Below, one piece after another: positions 17,347 through 26,915 of a stretch of DNA of 63,236 nucleotides. Below the pieces are notes generated by a model, which did not search any database, was not told the DNA's origin, and worked only from the letters and a program-made list of their open reading frames with translations. Source of the stretch: Erysipelotrichaceae bacterium (GTDB lineage Bacteria; Bacillota_I; Bacilli_A; RFN20; CAG-826); contig JALFFX010000005.1 in NCBI GenBank assembly GCA_022777645.1, forward strand, positions 1 through 63,236, in the 5' to 3' direction. The position numbers and the translations under genes were made by a program. The first letter of the stretch is position 1. Every line of letters starts with the position of its first letter.

Positions 17347-17664
17347 ACATAAACCTCTTTCATCCTTACTTTGTCTACTTATGCTATATGCAGCACACCA
17401 CTCCTTGAACACGTCAACATAGGCGTCGCAATGGAAACAACTTAATATCCTTGCTCCTGCTGCGAATTTATACTATCACATCATCTAATCAACTCCAACT
17501 TTTGTCCCCAAAAATGTCCCAAGGATAAGCAAAAAAGAAAACCATAACACTAAGTGTTATTTATCCACAACCTTCCTCAATGGTGGTAGTAATGAATGGA
17601 TAATTTAATTTGAAAATCTAATGAAATAATAAAAACTAAAACGTCGTTTTTTACTATCGTTAAA

Positions 17665-18324
17665 TTATATGATAATCCTATAGCCTATTCCGATTTCAGT
17701 ATGGATATAATTATGATTATTTATGCATAATTTTCGTCGTAAATTCAAAATGAAAACGCGAAGAGATTGATATTCATCAAGCGAATCATAACCCCAAACT
17801 TCTTTTTGAATATATTTATGTGTTAACACCCTTTCTTTGTTATTTATAAACAAAGACAACATCTTAAATTCCAATGGCGTAAGATGGATTTCAACATCAT
17901 CTACAAATACTTGGTGTAATGCAAAGTTTACTTTTAAACCTTTGCTTTCAAAAACCTCTTTATTAGCGATATTGTTTCTTCTTAAACAGCCTCTGATTCT
18001 CGCTAACAATTCCTCGCTCATAAAAGGCTTTGTTAAATAATCGTTCGCGTCTAAATCAAGAGCTTTGACTTTATCATCTTCTGCATCGCGAGCAGAAATA
18101 ACAATAATTGGTGTCTGATCAATTTTTCTAATTTGTTTTATCACTTCTAAACCATCTACATCAGGAAGACCTAAATCCAAAAGAATTAATTCAGGTTTAT
18201 CGCTTAAAAAAATAGATAATCCGGTAAGACCATTGCTTGCAACTTTAACTTTGTAATCGTGTGTTTTTAATGTTAACTCTAATAATTTTGCAATTGATTT
18301 ATCATCCTCGATTATCAGTATCAT
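17665..18324 (-). CDS. OmpR/PhoB-family response regulator (KdpE-like)
   Basis: Receiver domain ILIIEDDKSIA...LLDLGLPDVDG...KP, plus a winged-helix C-terminus ending GIGYRI. RBS AAGAGGTG precedes the ATG at 18324. Confidence 0.85.
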   Translation of the reverse strand: MILIIEDDKSIAKLLELTLKTHDYKVKVASNGLTGLSIFLSDKPELILLDLGLPDVDGLEVIKQIRKIDQTPIIVISARDAEDDKVKALDLDANDYLTKPFMSEELLARIRGCLRRNNIANKEVFESKGLKVNFALHQVFVDDVEIHLTPLEFKMLSLFINNKERVLTHKYIQKEVWGYDSLDEYQSLRVFILNLRRKLCINNHNYIHTEIGIGYRIII

Positions 18325-19834
18325 CGTGTTCACCTCTTTTCAATGGAATTCTAAATTTAAATGATGCGCCACCAATATCGTTATTCATAGCTTCGATAAA
18401 TCCGTTATGTATTTCGACGATTGATTTGCATATTATCAGGCCTAAGCCATTTGATCTATAAGCATCTTTCTTTTGAAGAAGTCTTTTATCTTCTTTGAAT
18501 AAATCTTTGATTTTATCAACAGGTATTCCGCCTCCATTATCGCTTATTTCTGCTAACAAATTGTCATTGTTAATGTTAAAGATAACACTAATCGTGCTGC
18601 CAGGTGCAGTGTATTTAATGCCGTTGCTTATTAAGTTAATAAATAATTGGATCATCAGTTGTGCGTTACAATATATCAAAGTTGTTTCATCAACTGTTGG
18701 GTAAATAATTTTCTGGCTAAATTTTTGTTTTGAAAAATATTCTTCAACATTTTGCATAATATCTGCTAAAGATTCATATTCTTTGTTTATTGATTGTCTA
18801 TCAGATATTTTTGACATATTTAATAAATTGTTAACAAAAGAATACAAAGATACCGATTCGTTATAAATATCATCGAGAAGCTCTTTTGTTTCTGTTGCCG
18901 AAATATTATCGAGATTTTCTTTTAAAAACAATGAGCCAGATTGAATTGAAGTCAAAGGTGTTTTTAAATCGTGCGACAAACTCCTTAAAAGCGTTGATTT
19001 AAAATGCTCTCTCTCACTTTTGTGTTCACTTTTTTCTTGTTCTTGGATTGCACGTTCTCTTTCTAAGACGACAGCCGCTTCTGTCGATATACTTTTGATA
19101 AAATTAAATTCAGAATCACTAAAAGAATTTTTGATTAATCTAATAAATATATAACCAAATTTTACCGATTTTGATCTTATCGGAAATACTAAAAAATTAT
19201 TTGATGAGTATACTGGTTGGTTATAACCGACAATTGTAAATTGATTAACAGAAAAATCGCATGCTTCCATTTCCTCATTGCTGAGTGAAGTTATATTGCC
19301 ATACGTCTTATTTAAGAACAGATTTTTCAATAAAAATTTATTTTTGATGTTTTCTTCTAAACATGCGGTAATGCAATTATATATTTCATCTTCATCGTGG
19401 CAATTAAGAAATTTTTTTGATAAATCAAACAATATATTTATTCTCTTTTCGTTTTCTTGTGATTGTTTTACTTCTTTTTGAAGTTGAATAACAATGCTAC
19501 CAAATATGATGGCAATGATAATGAAGAATCCAAATGAAATATAATAATTTAAATCATCCATTACAAAAGAGTATTGGGGTTCAGTTAAAAAGAAATTAAA
19601 CGCCAAACACAGAAAAGCACATGAAATAATACTATAGATGATCGATTTTGTTTCAATTGTAATTATTAACACCGCCAAAATGAAAAGAATAAAGATGTTT
19701 TCATCGTGTATATAGCTTCGATTTAACACGAGCATCAATCCAATCGCTAAACCGTTTATTAATAGCGTAATAAGGATATTGAACAATAAAGTGTTTCTTT
19801 TAAATAATTTTCGTTTTTGCATAAGGATAATCAC
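18302..19834 (-). CDS. Sensor histidine kinase, KdpD C-terminal type (membrane + HisKA + HATPase_c), lacking the KdpD N-terminal domain
   Basis: Four N-terminal TM helices, H-box SHDLKTPLTSI, G-box NGLGLIICKSIVEIHNG. The start may instead be the ATG at 19822. Confidence 0.8.
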   Translation of the reverse strand: MIILMQKRKLFKRNTLLFNILITLLINGLAIGLMLVLNRSYIHDENIFILFILAVLIITIETKSIIYSIISCAFLCLAFNFFLTEPQYSFVMDDLNYYISFGFFIIIAIIFGSIVIQLQKEVKQSQENEKRINILFDLSKKFLNCHDEDEIYNCITACLEENIKNKFLLKNLFLNKTYGNITSLSNEEMEACDFSVNQFTIVGYNQPVYSSNNFLVFPIRSKSVKFGYIFIRLIKNSFSDSEFNFIKSISTEAAVVLERERAIQEQEKSEHKSEREHFKSTLLRSLSHDLKTPLTSIQSGSLFLKENLDNISATETKELLDDIYNESVSLYSFVNNLLNMSKISDRQSINKEYESLADIMQNVEEYFSKQKFSQKIIYPTVDETTLIYCNAQLMIQLFINLISNGIKYTAPGSTISVIFNINNDNLLAEISDNGGGIPVDKIKDLFKEDKRLLQKKDAYRSNGLGLIICKSIVEIHNGFIEAMNNDIGGASFKFRIPLKRGEHDDTDNRG

Positions 19835-19835
19835 T

Positions 19836-21287
19836 TCACTTTCTAGAAGTTAAATTAATTATAGTATATATAACTGCGAATATTTCTAACCTTCCTAAAT
19901 ACATACCAACAATTGCTGTCCAAAGAATGACATTGCTTGAATACATTGTAATTAAACCACAAGATAGTCCCACTGTTGATAGGCAACTAGCAAATTCAAA
20001 CATTGACTCTTCCATAGAATATCCAAATGAAGAGAATATTAAAGATCCTATTAAAAATAATAAAAGATAGGTGAAAACAAATGCATAATTAGCGGAAAGC
20101 TTGCTGTCGTCTAAATATATTATTTGTTCATCTTTTCTGAGCAATGAATGGTGGATTATTTTTCTATTTTTGAATGATCTAGTAATATAATCACCTATAC
20201 CTTTTAGACAAGTGATAATTCTAAATTGTTTTATGCCTCCAGCAGTAGAGCCCATTTCTCCACCAATCAGCATGAACATTATCATAATGCCAATAAAGAA
20301 ATGGGGAAGAATAGATATTGAACTAATGTTTTGGAAGCCAGTTGTAGTAAGAGCACTTACCAATTGAAAAATAACAACCATAACGTTATTGTTATCACAT
20401 TCAAAGTTGGTTCCATAAAATATGGAAATTGAGATTATGCTAAACAAAATGATTATTATGAATGAAAAAATTGTTTCGCAATGAAAAAAGACGGCTTTAA
20501 ATTTTCTTTTTAGTAAAAATATGTGTATTACAAAATTTGTGCCACCGAGCAGCATTAACAAAATCGATACTATTTCAATACCAAGTGAATGGAATTCATA
20601 AATATTTCCAGCTTTGGTTGAAAAACCACCAGTGGATAAGGCAGCAATTGAATGATTAAAAGCATCAAATAAATCCATGCCACAGCATAAATACAATATT
20701 GTGCCTAAAACAATATAGCCGAAATATAAGGCGAAAATTAAACGACTAGATTTGATGAAATTTGGCAATAATTTGTCATTGTGTCCTTCTGCTTCATAAA
20801 TATTTAATCGCAATTTATCGCTGATGGCTGAAGTGACTATTAAAACAAAACCAACCCCGCCGACGAAAAGAGTTAACGATCGATAAAACAAGAAAATTTT
20901 AGGACAAGAAGCAACATCAATTACCGATAATCCTGTTGTTGTATAACCACTTGTTACCTCAAATATTGCTCTAGTAAAGCTTATTTTACCGGTTAATAAA
21001 AACGGAAACGATGAAACAAATATTAAAATAATCCAAATTAAAACAACTAATACCACATCCTGGTGATTTTCTAAATTGACAGGTTTCTTCTTTTTAAAAA
21101 AGAAGTTGATAAGGTATCCAAGAAAAATTGTAATAATACCAGGAATTAAAAAACAATATGCATAATTTATCTCATTATGATAAAAAATAAGCATCAATAA
21201 AGGAAGCAAAATAATAAAACCGATCGCAATTAAAAACAATCCGATGTAATAAATGATTAGTTTATATCCACTTATTTGGTTATTCAT
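19836..21287 (-). CDS. TrkH/KtrB-family K+ transporter
   Basis: Polytopic membrane protein with repeated TTTGF/STGGF/TTTGL selectivity-filter-like motifs. Confidence 0.8.
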   Translation of the reverse strand: MNNQISGYKLIIYYIGLFLIAIGFIILLPLLMLIFYHNEINYAYCFLIPGIITIFLGYLINFFFKKKKPVNLENHQDVVLVVLIWIILIFVSSFPFLLTGKISFTRAIFEVTSGYTTTGLSVIDVASCPKIFLFYRSLTLFVGGVGFVLIVTSAISDKLRLNIYEAEGHNDKLLPNFIKSSRLIFALYFGYIVLGTILYLCCGMDLFDAFNHSIAALSTGGFSTKAGNIYEFHSLGIEIVSILLMLLGGTNFVIHIFLLKRKFKAVFFHCETIFSFIIIILFSIISISIFYGTNFECDNNNVMVVIFQLVSALTTTGFQNISSISILPHFFIGIMIMFMLIGGEMGSTAGGIKQFRIITCLKGIGDYITRSFKNRKIIHHSLLRKDEQIIYLDDSKLSANYAFVFTYLLLFLIGSLIFSSFGYSMEESMFEFASCLSTVGLSCGLITMYSSNVILWTAIVGMYLGRLEIFAVIYTIINLTSRK

Positions 21288-21952
21288 TTACCTATTTTCC
21301 TTGTAAATAAAGAAGCAATCGCGTCTTTATGTTCGCTGGCAACCATAATAAAAACTTTATCCCCGGATAATAATGTTGTGTCGCCTCGAGGGATGATCAC
21401 ATTGGGTTTTCGATAGATTGCACTTACATTAAATTCCTTATCAATAGCAATATCTTTTAATCTTTTATTGCAAACAAAATAATCATCTTTTATTAGCAAT
21501 TCAAATATCGTTACAATGTTATCTTCGAATGATAAAGTTTTTACGATTGATTCAATATTTGATTCGTTTTTAATTGTTTCACCCAATAAATAAGTTGATG
21601 ATATTGTCGAATCAATTCCCAATGCTTTAAATAAACTGACGATATTTGGATTTTTTACAATCGCGATCGTTCGTTTGACATGAAATCTTTGTTTTGCCAA
21701 TTTGCATGATATGTAGTTTGTTACATCACTATTGGATAAGGCGATGAATAAATCGAAATTGTCTATTTGGGCTATTTTTAAATCATAATCATTGGTAGAG
21801 TCGCCAAAAATAATATCGATGCCATTCTTTTTGCTTAATTCATTACTGATATTTAAATCATCGTTGATAACCACAATCTTGTTCTTGTGATTTTTATACA
21901 TTTTTATAATGTAATCGGCTTCTTCATGCCCATTTGATATTGCTACTCTCAT
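21284..21952 (-). CDS. TrkA/KtrA-like RCK protein (degenerate N-lobe + TrkA-C)
   Basis: Size and TrkA-C-like C-terminus, and operon position. The Rossmann glycine motif is degenerate (VAISNGHE). Confidence 0.6.
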   Translation of the reverse strand: MRVAISNGHEEADYIIKMYKNHKNKIVVINDDLNISNELSKKNGIDIIFGDSTNDYDLKIAQIDNFDLFIALSNSDVTNYISCKLAKQRFHVKRTIAIVKNPNIVSLFKALGIDSTISSTYLLGETIKNESNIESIVKTLSFEDNIVTIFELLIKDDYFVCNKRLKDIAIDKEFNVSAIYRKPNVIIPRGDTTLLSGDKVFIMVASEHKDAIASLFTRKIGK

Positions 21953-21953
21953 A

Positions 21954-22367
21954 TCAATTTTTCTCCTGTATCTTTAAAGAATCAAAATATTTTATTGAAA
22001 GCAAAAACGGGCAAATCGAATGAATGTTTTCACTTGTGATTAGTTTTTCTTTATTACTGTCATATAAGCGAATATATATATCTTTTATCCTGAACATATA
22101 ATTGCACATATCAGCGATAAAAATATTTTTATTATCATCACCAGTGACAACAATTAACATTGATAGATTATCCAAATTAAAATTATCAAGAGCGGAAGGA
22201 TTTGTGAAATCAGCAACTCTTGTAAAACCGCTGAAATCCTGAATTTTATTAAAGACTTCATTTGATAAATCAACAATGGTGACATTAAAACCTTCTTTTG
22301 ATAGATTATTGGCGATTTGACACCCAAGTTTTCCAGCCCCAATTACATAGACATTTTTCGTCATCAT
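21954..22367 (-). CDS. TrkA-N (NAD-binding RCK) domain protein
   Basis: VYVIGAGKLGCQIANNL Rossmann motif. RBS GAAGGTGA precedes the ATG at 22367. Confidence 0.7.
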   Translation of the reverse strand: MMTKNVYVIGAGKLGCQIANNLSKEGFNVTIVDLSNEVFNKIQDFSGFTRVADFTNPSALDNFNLDNLSMLIVVTGDDNKNIFIADMCNYMFRIKDIYIRLYDSNKEKLITSENIHSICPFLLSIKYFDSLKIQEKN

Positions 22368-22563
22368 CGTCACCTTCTTTATATTCACCAAGTATTTCTA
22401 TAGTTTTTATAAAGAACAATGAAATATATTGGAGGCTTTTGATTAAGGGATTATAAATAACCAAAAAGTTTTTTTCTTCTTTAATATATGCCCCTGTCAT
22501 TGAAGCCCATCCATAATTAGAATTGAGAGTAATTTTAATTTTTTTATGTTCAAAATCTTTCAT
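22306..22563 (-). CDS. Small hypothetical protein (overlaps the trkA-N start by 62 nt)
   Basis: Good RBS GAGGTGA 7 nt upstream of the ATG. No recognisable domain. Confidence 0.3.
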   Translation of the reverse strand: MKDFEHKKIKITLNSNYGWASMTGAYIKEEKNFLVIYNPLIKSLQYISLFFIKTIEILGEYKEGDDDDEKCLCNWGWKTWVSNRQ

Positions 22564-22599
22564 CTTTAATCACCTCGATTACAATGTTAATTATTTTGG

Positions 22600-22651
22600 T
22601 GTTAAGAAAACATTGTTCATTTAAAATAAAGTTGTTAAGAATTTGTTAAGA
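22600..22651. promoter_or_regulatory. Three phased TGTTAAGA direct repeats in the divergent trk / fba intergenic region
   Basis: TGTTAAGA occurs at 22600-22607, 22633-22640 and 22644-22651, with spacings of 33 and 11 bp. Confidence 0.35.
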
Positions 22652-22774
22652 TTTTTTAATCTATACATATAATTTGATGGATAAAACAAAAAGAAAACAA
22701 TAATTTTATAAAAAAACTATTATTTTTTCATAAAAGTAATAAAATATGTGTGTATTAAAAATAAGGAGACAATT

Positions 22775-23752
22775 ATGCCATTAGTTAATACTAAAGAATT
22801 ATTCAAAAAAGCATATGAAGGCGGATATGCTATTGGTGCATTTAACTGCAACAACATGGAAATCGTCCAAGCTATTACCGAAGCTGCTAAAGAATGCAAC
22901 TCACCAGTTATTCTTCAAGTAAGCGCCGGTGCTAGAAAATACGCCAAAGCATGTTATTTAAAACACATGGTAGAAGCTGCTGTTGAAGATACAAATCTTC
23001 CAATCGTTCTTCACCTTGATCACGGTGCAGACTTTGAAATTTGTAAAGATTGTATCGATGGTGGATTCACTTCAGTTATGATTGATGCTTCAAGCAAATC
23101 ATTCGAAGAAAACATCGCTATTACAAAGAAAGTTGTCGATTATGCTCACGCTCATGTGCCATATGTCACAGTTGAAGCTGAACTTGGTACATTAGCAGGT
23201 ATCGAAGACGATGTAAAAGTTGAACATGGTGCTGAATCTTATACCAATCCAGATCAAGTCGAAGAATTTGTTAAAAGAACAGGTGTTGATAGCTTAGCTA
23301 TTGCTATCGGTACATCTCATGGTGCTTACAAATTTAAACCAGAACAATGCACAAGAAATGCAGACGGAGTTTTAGTACCACCTCCACTTCGCTTTGATAT
23401 TTTAGAAGAAGTTTCACGTCGTTTACCAGGCTTCCCAATCGTCTTACACGGTTCAAGCTCTGTTAACCAAGAGTACGTTAAAATCATCAATGAACACGGT
23501 GGCAAATTAAACGATGCAGTTGGTGTTCCAGAAGATCAACTTCGCAAAGCCGCTTCATTAGCAGTTTGCAAAATCAACATTGACAGCGACCTTCGTCTTG
23601 CCATGACTGCTGGAATTCGTGAACATTTCGATAATCACCCAGATCATTTCGATCCACGTCAATACGTTGGTGATGGAAGAAAATATGTCAAGCAATTAGT
23701 CGAACACAAGATCAGAGATGTCTTAGGTTCAGCTGACACACTTGATAAATAA
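22775..23752 (+). CDS. fba: Class II fructose-1,6-bisphosphate aldolase
   Basis: MPLVNTKELFKKAYEGGYAIGAFNCNN...LHLDHG...IAIGTSHGAYK. RBS AAGGAG. Confidence 0.9.
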   Translation: MPLVNTKELFKKAYEGGYAIGAFNCNNMEIVQAITEAAKECNSPVILQVSAGARKYAKACYLKHMVEAAVEDTNLPIVLHLDHGADFEICKDCIDGGFTSVMIDASSKSFEENIAITKKVVDYAHAHVPYVTVEAELGTLAGIEDDVKVEHGAESYTNPDQVEEFVKRTGVDSLAIAIGTSHGAYKFKPEQCTRNADGVLVPPPLRFDILEEVSRRLPGFPIVLHGSSSVNQEYVKIINEHGGKLNDAVGVPEDQLRKAASLAVCKINIDSDLRLAMTAGIREHFDNHPDHFDPRQYVGDGRKYVKQLVEHKIRDVLGSADTLDK

Positions 23753-23769
23753 TTAATCCTCTCTAAAAA

Positions 23770-23796
23770 ATGCTTCGATCAACTCGGAGCATTTTT
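23770..23796. terminator. Bidirectional terminator between convergent fba and the GT2 gene
   Basis: ATGCTTCGA-tcaac-TCGGAGCAT, flanked by A-run and T-run. Confidence 0.65.
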
Positions 23797-24730
23797 ATTT
23801 ACTAGCATATTCACTTATTAATTTTGAATAAGCCTTATTCGTTGGCTTAATTGGATTTTCTTTTTCTATTTGTTTTAATTGTTTGAAGGCAAAAGATTTA
23901 AATTCTTTATATTCTTCTTTTTCATAGCCATCTTTCACAATGAATAAATCGCCAAGAAGCAATAATTTGCGATGTAACTTTCGAGAATTAAAGATTTTTA
24001 GTAATTCTGGTTTTTCTTGTTGAATGATATATTTTTCTAAAGCATAAATATTTAATAATGTCGGCACGCGCGTAGGATTGGTTTTGCTTGTTGCTGATTC
24101 ATATCTTTTATCATAAATATACATTGGCTTTGTTGTACTCACCAATTTATTAGCGCGCATAAATATTTGAATATTTGTTAAGACATCTTCTCTTATGATG
24201 TTTTTATTTGCGATAAAGATATCTTCATTAAATAATTCTTTTTTATAAATCTTATTCCACATAAAACCATGCATAAATGTATCATTAAGCAATGCTTTGA
24301 CCATTTGTTTATTGTTATATGTTTTTTTCGTGGCAAAGATATTCTTTTCTTTTTTGTTCGTGCGTAAATAATAATAATTACCAACACCGATATCAGCATC
24401 ATTATCTTTGATGAGATTAATCATTGTCTCTATTGCATCATTTGTGTAGCAATCATCAGCGTCGATAAACATTAAATATTTGCCTTGCGCACTTTTGATG
24501 CCTTTATCGCGCGCTTTAGCGATGTGTCTATCACTCACATTATAAATAAATATATTGTTATATTTTTTAGCAAATTCATCGATTATTTTGTTTGTGTTAT
24601 CTGTGGATGGATCACACACCAAAATAACTTCATATTCATATTTTGTTTTATTATCAAAAATTGATTGAAGGCAATGTTTAATCGAACGGGAATTATTAAA
24701 CACAGGGATAATAATTGATAAGTCGCACAT
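23795..24730 (-). CDS. Family 2 glycosyltransferase
   Basis: LSIIIPVFNN...ILVCDPSTD...MFIDADD. Confidence 0.8.
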   Translation of the reverse strand: MCDLSIIIPVFNNSRSIKHCLQSIFDNKTKYEYEVILVCDPSTDNTNKIIDEFAKKYNNIFIYNVSDRHIAKARDKGIKSAQGKYLMFIDADDCYTNDAIETMINLIKDNDADIGVGNYYYLRTNKKEKNIFATKKTYNNKQMVKALLNDTFMHGFMWNKIYKKELFNEDIFIANKNIIREDVLTNIQIFMRANKLVSTTKPMYIYDKRYESATSKTNPTRVPTLLNIYALEKYIIQQEKPELLKIFNSRKLHRKLLLLGDLFIVKDGYEKEEYKEFKSFAFKQLKQIEKENPIKPTNKAYSKLISEYASK

Positions 24731-24836
24731 AATTTAAAATCATTATATATTAGATTTTTCACATGTAAATAAGATTATTTTATAAATTAACTTATAAAAT
24801 CTTTGATTTAATGTATAATAACGGCAGGTGAAAACT

Positions 24837-25679
24837 ATGAAAAAAATAAATTTATTAATTGCTTGTTCCTTCTCTTTGCTTCTTGCTGGTTGTAATAATG
24901 AAGTTGATGTAAATAAACGAAGTGCATATACAGAAGAAGAAAAAACATTAATGGTAGAAAAATTAAATGGGAATATCATTCCATTTTATTATGTCAAAGA
25001 TATGCGTGTCACAAGTGCGTATTATGATACATATGGTTGTATAACTGTTGAAGCTCCTCTTGGCACGAAAGAAGATTTATATAATTACGAAACAGTGCTT
25101 ATCAGTGAAGATTTCACAAAATCTTTCGGTGTTGGTGATTATGAAAAAGATTTAAACAAAGGGCAATATTATCTCAACCTTAAAGGTGGTAGATTTGTTG
25201 TTGAATTTTCACTTACTCAAACTGGAAGTTGGGCAGTTGATGGCTTTTATCAACAATCTCTTAAAAATTATACAGTTCCAAACATTTCAACATATGACGG
25301 TCTTGTCGAAGCAGCCGCTTTACCATTTATGGATGAATATGGTGTTGCTCCAACTCTTCCTGAAGAGATTACTTTCACTCCACAATCTTATCGTTTAGTC
25401 GATTATCGATATAATCTTATCATTACCAATGGCAATGATATTGGACATCCTGCTGTTCTTTTAGGCTTTATTGGTGCCACAACAGAAAACAAAGATGCTT
25501 TGATTAATAGTTTTGTAAGCGTTGGATATACTGAAAAAGTTGTAGATGATGTTACTTTCTATGAATCAAATGCATCCAGTGCTCACGCTTTTGGCGCATC
25601 ATTTAATTATTTTGAAGCTGATGTTGATGATCAAGGAAATGTTACTTCTCCATCAATGGTTGTCGTGTTAATTGTTTAA
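24837..25679 (+). CDS. Lipoprotein, function unknown
   Basis: Signal peptide and lipobox MKKINLLIACSFSLLLAGCNN. RBS AGGTGA. Confidence 0.65.
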   Translation: MKKINLLIACSFSLLLAGCNNEVDVNKRSAYTEEEKTLMVEKLNGNIIPFYYVKDMRVTSAYYDTYGCITVEAPLGTKEDLYNYETVLISEDFTKSFGVGDYEKDLNKGQYYLNLKGGRFVVEFSLTQTGSWAVDGFYQQSLKNYTVPNISTYDGLVEAAALPFMDEYGVAPTLPEEITFTPQSYRLVDYRYNLIITNGNDIGHPAVLLGFIGATTENKDALINSFVSVGYTEKVVDDVTFYESNASSAHAFGASFNYFEADVDDQGNVTSPSMVVVLIV

Positions 25680-25682
25680 TCT

Positions 25683-26915
25683 ATGAAGCCTCTCGCTGAT
25701 TTATTAAGACCAAATAAGCTTGAAGATGTGGTCGGGCAAAAACATTTGCTCAACGAACATTCTTCATTTTATAAAATCATCAAATCTAATAAGATTCCAA
25801 ATATGCTTTTTTATGGTCCTCCAGGTGTCGGAAAAACAACTGTGGCTAACATCATTGCTAATTCAAGCAAGATGAAATTATTTAAGCTCAATGGGACAAG
25901 TGCCACAATTGAAGATATTAAAGCAATTATTGCTGAAAAAGATAATTTGTTGAACACAAACGGAATATTGCTATATCTTGATGAAATTCAATATTTGAAC
26001 AAAAAGCAGCAACAATCACTTCTCGAATTCATTGAAAATGGTGATATCACTTTAATCGCATCAACAACTGAAAATCCATTCTTTTATGTGTATCCTGCTA
26101 TTCTAAGTCGCGTTAATGTTTTTGAATTTAAAGCGATTCCAGTTGATGAAATTAAAATCGCCTTAAAGCGCATTATTGATAATTCATATCTTACAATCGA
26201 TGATGAATCACTTTCAAAATTAGCCACTCTTGCTAATGGTGATATGCGCAAAGCAATTAATAATTTGGAATTGCTACTTTCTTCATTAAATGAAGAAAGT
26301 ACTATTTCGATGAAAGACATTGATAATCTTTCAATCAAAACTAATTTATCTTATGACCGTGGTGAAGATAAACATTTTGATAATCTATCAGCGTTTATGA
26401 AATCGCTTCGTGGTTCTGATCCTGATGCGGCGATATATTATTTAGCAAAACTTCTTGAAGGTGGAGACATTCTTGCTGCCAGCCGAAGACTTCTTTGTTC
26501 GGTAAATGAAGATGTCGGCCTAGCTTATCCTCAATTAATTCCAATTGTCAAAGCTTGCGTTGACAGTGCCCTTCAACTTGGCATGCCTGAGGCACGTCTT
26601 CCATTATCAAACGCCACAATTTTAATTGCCACTGCCCCAAAATCAAATTCTTCATATCTTGCATTTGCAAAAGCTCATGAAGATATTGAAAAAGGCAAAG
26701 GAATAAATGTTCCACGCGCAGTTCAAAATACCCATTGTGATGGTGAAGATGCTTTAATCAAAGGACAAAATTATAAATATCCTCATGATTATCCACATCA
26801 TTATGTAAAACAACAATATCTTCCAGATGATTTAAAAAATCAAAAATATTACATTCCACAAGACAATAAATTTGAAAAAGGTCTAGAAGCTTATTGGAAA
26901 GATATTAAAAAATAA
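25683..26915 (+). CDS. rarA: Replication-associated recombination protein A (MgsA/RarA AAA+ ATPase)
   Basis: LADLLRPNKLEDVVGQKHLL...FYGPPGVGKTT...LYLDEIQ, plus a MgsA C-terminal domain. Confidence 0.85.
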   Translation: MKPLADLLRPNKLEDVVGQKHLLNEHSSFYKIIKSNKIPNMLFYGPPGVGKTTVANIIANSSKMKLFKLNGTSATIEDIKAIIAEKDNLLNTNGILLYLDEIQYLNKKQQQSLLEFIENGDITLIASTTENPFFYVYPAILSRVNVFEFKAIPVDEIKIALKRIIDNSYLTIDDESLSKLATLANGDMRKAINNLELLLSSLNEESTISMKDIDNLSIKTNLSYDRGEDKHFDNLSAFMKSLRGSDPDAAIYYLAKLLEGGDILAASRRLLCSVNEDVGLAYPQLIPIVKACVDSALQLGMPEARLPLSNATILIATAPKSNSSYLAFAKAHEDIEKGKGINVPRAVQNTHCDGEDALIKGQNYKYPHDYPHHYVKQQYLPDDLKNQKYYIPQDNKFEKGLEAYWKDIKK

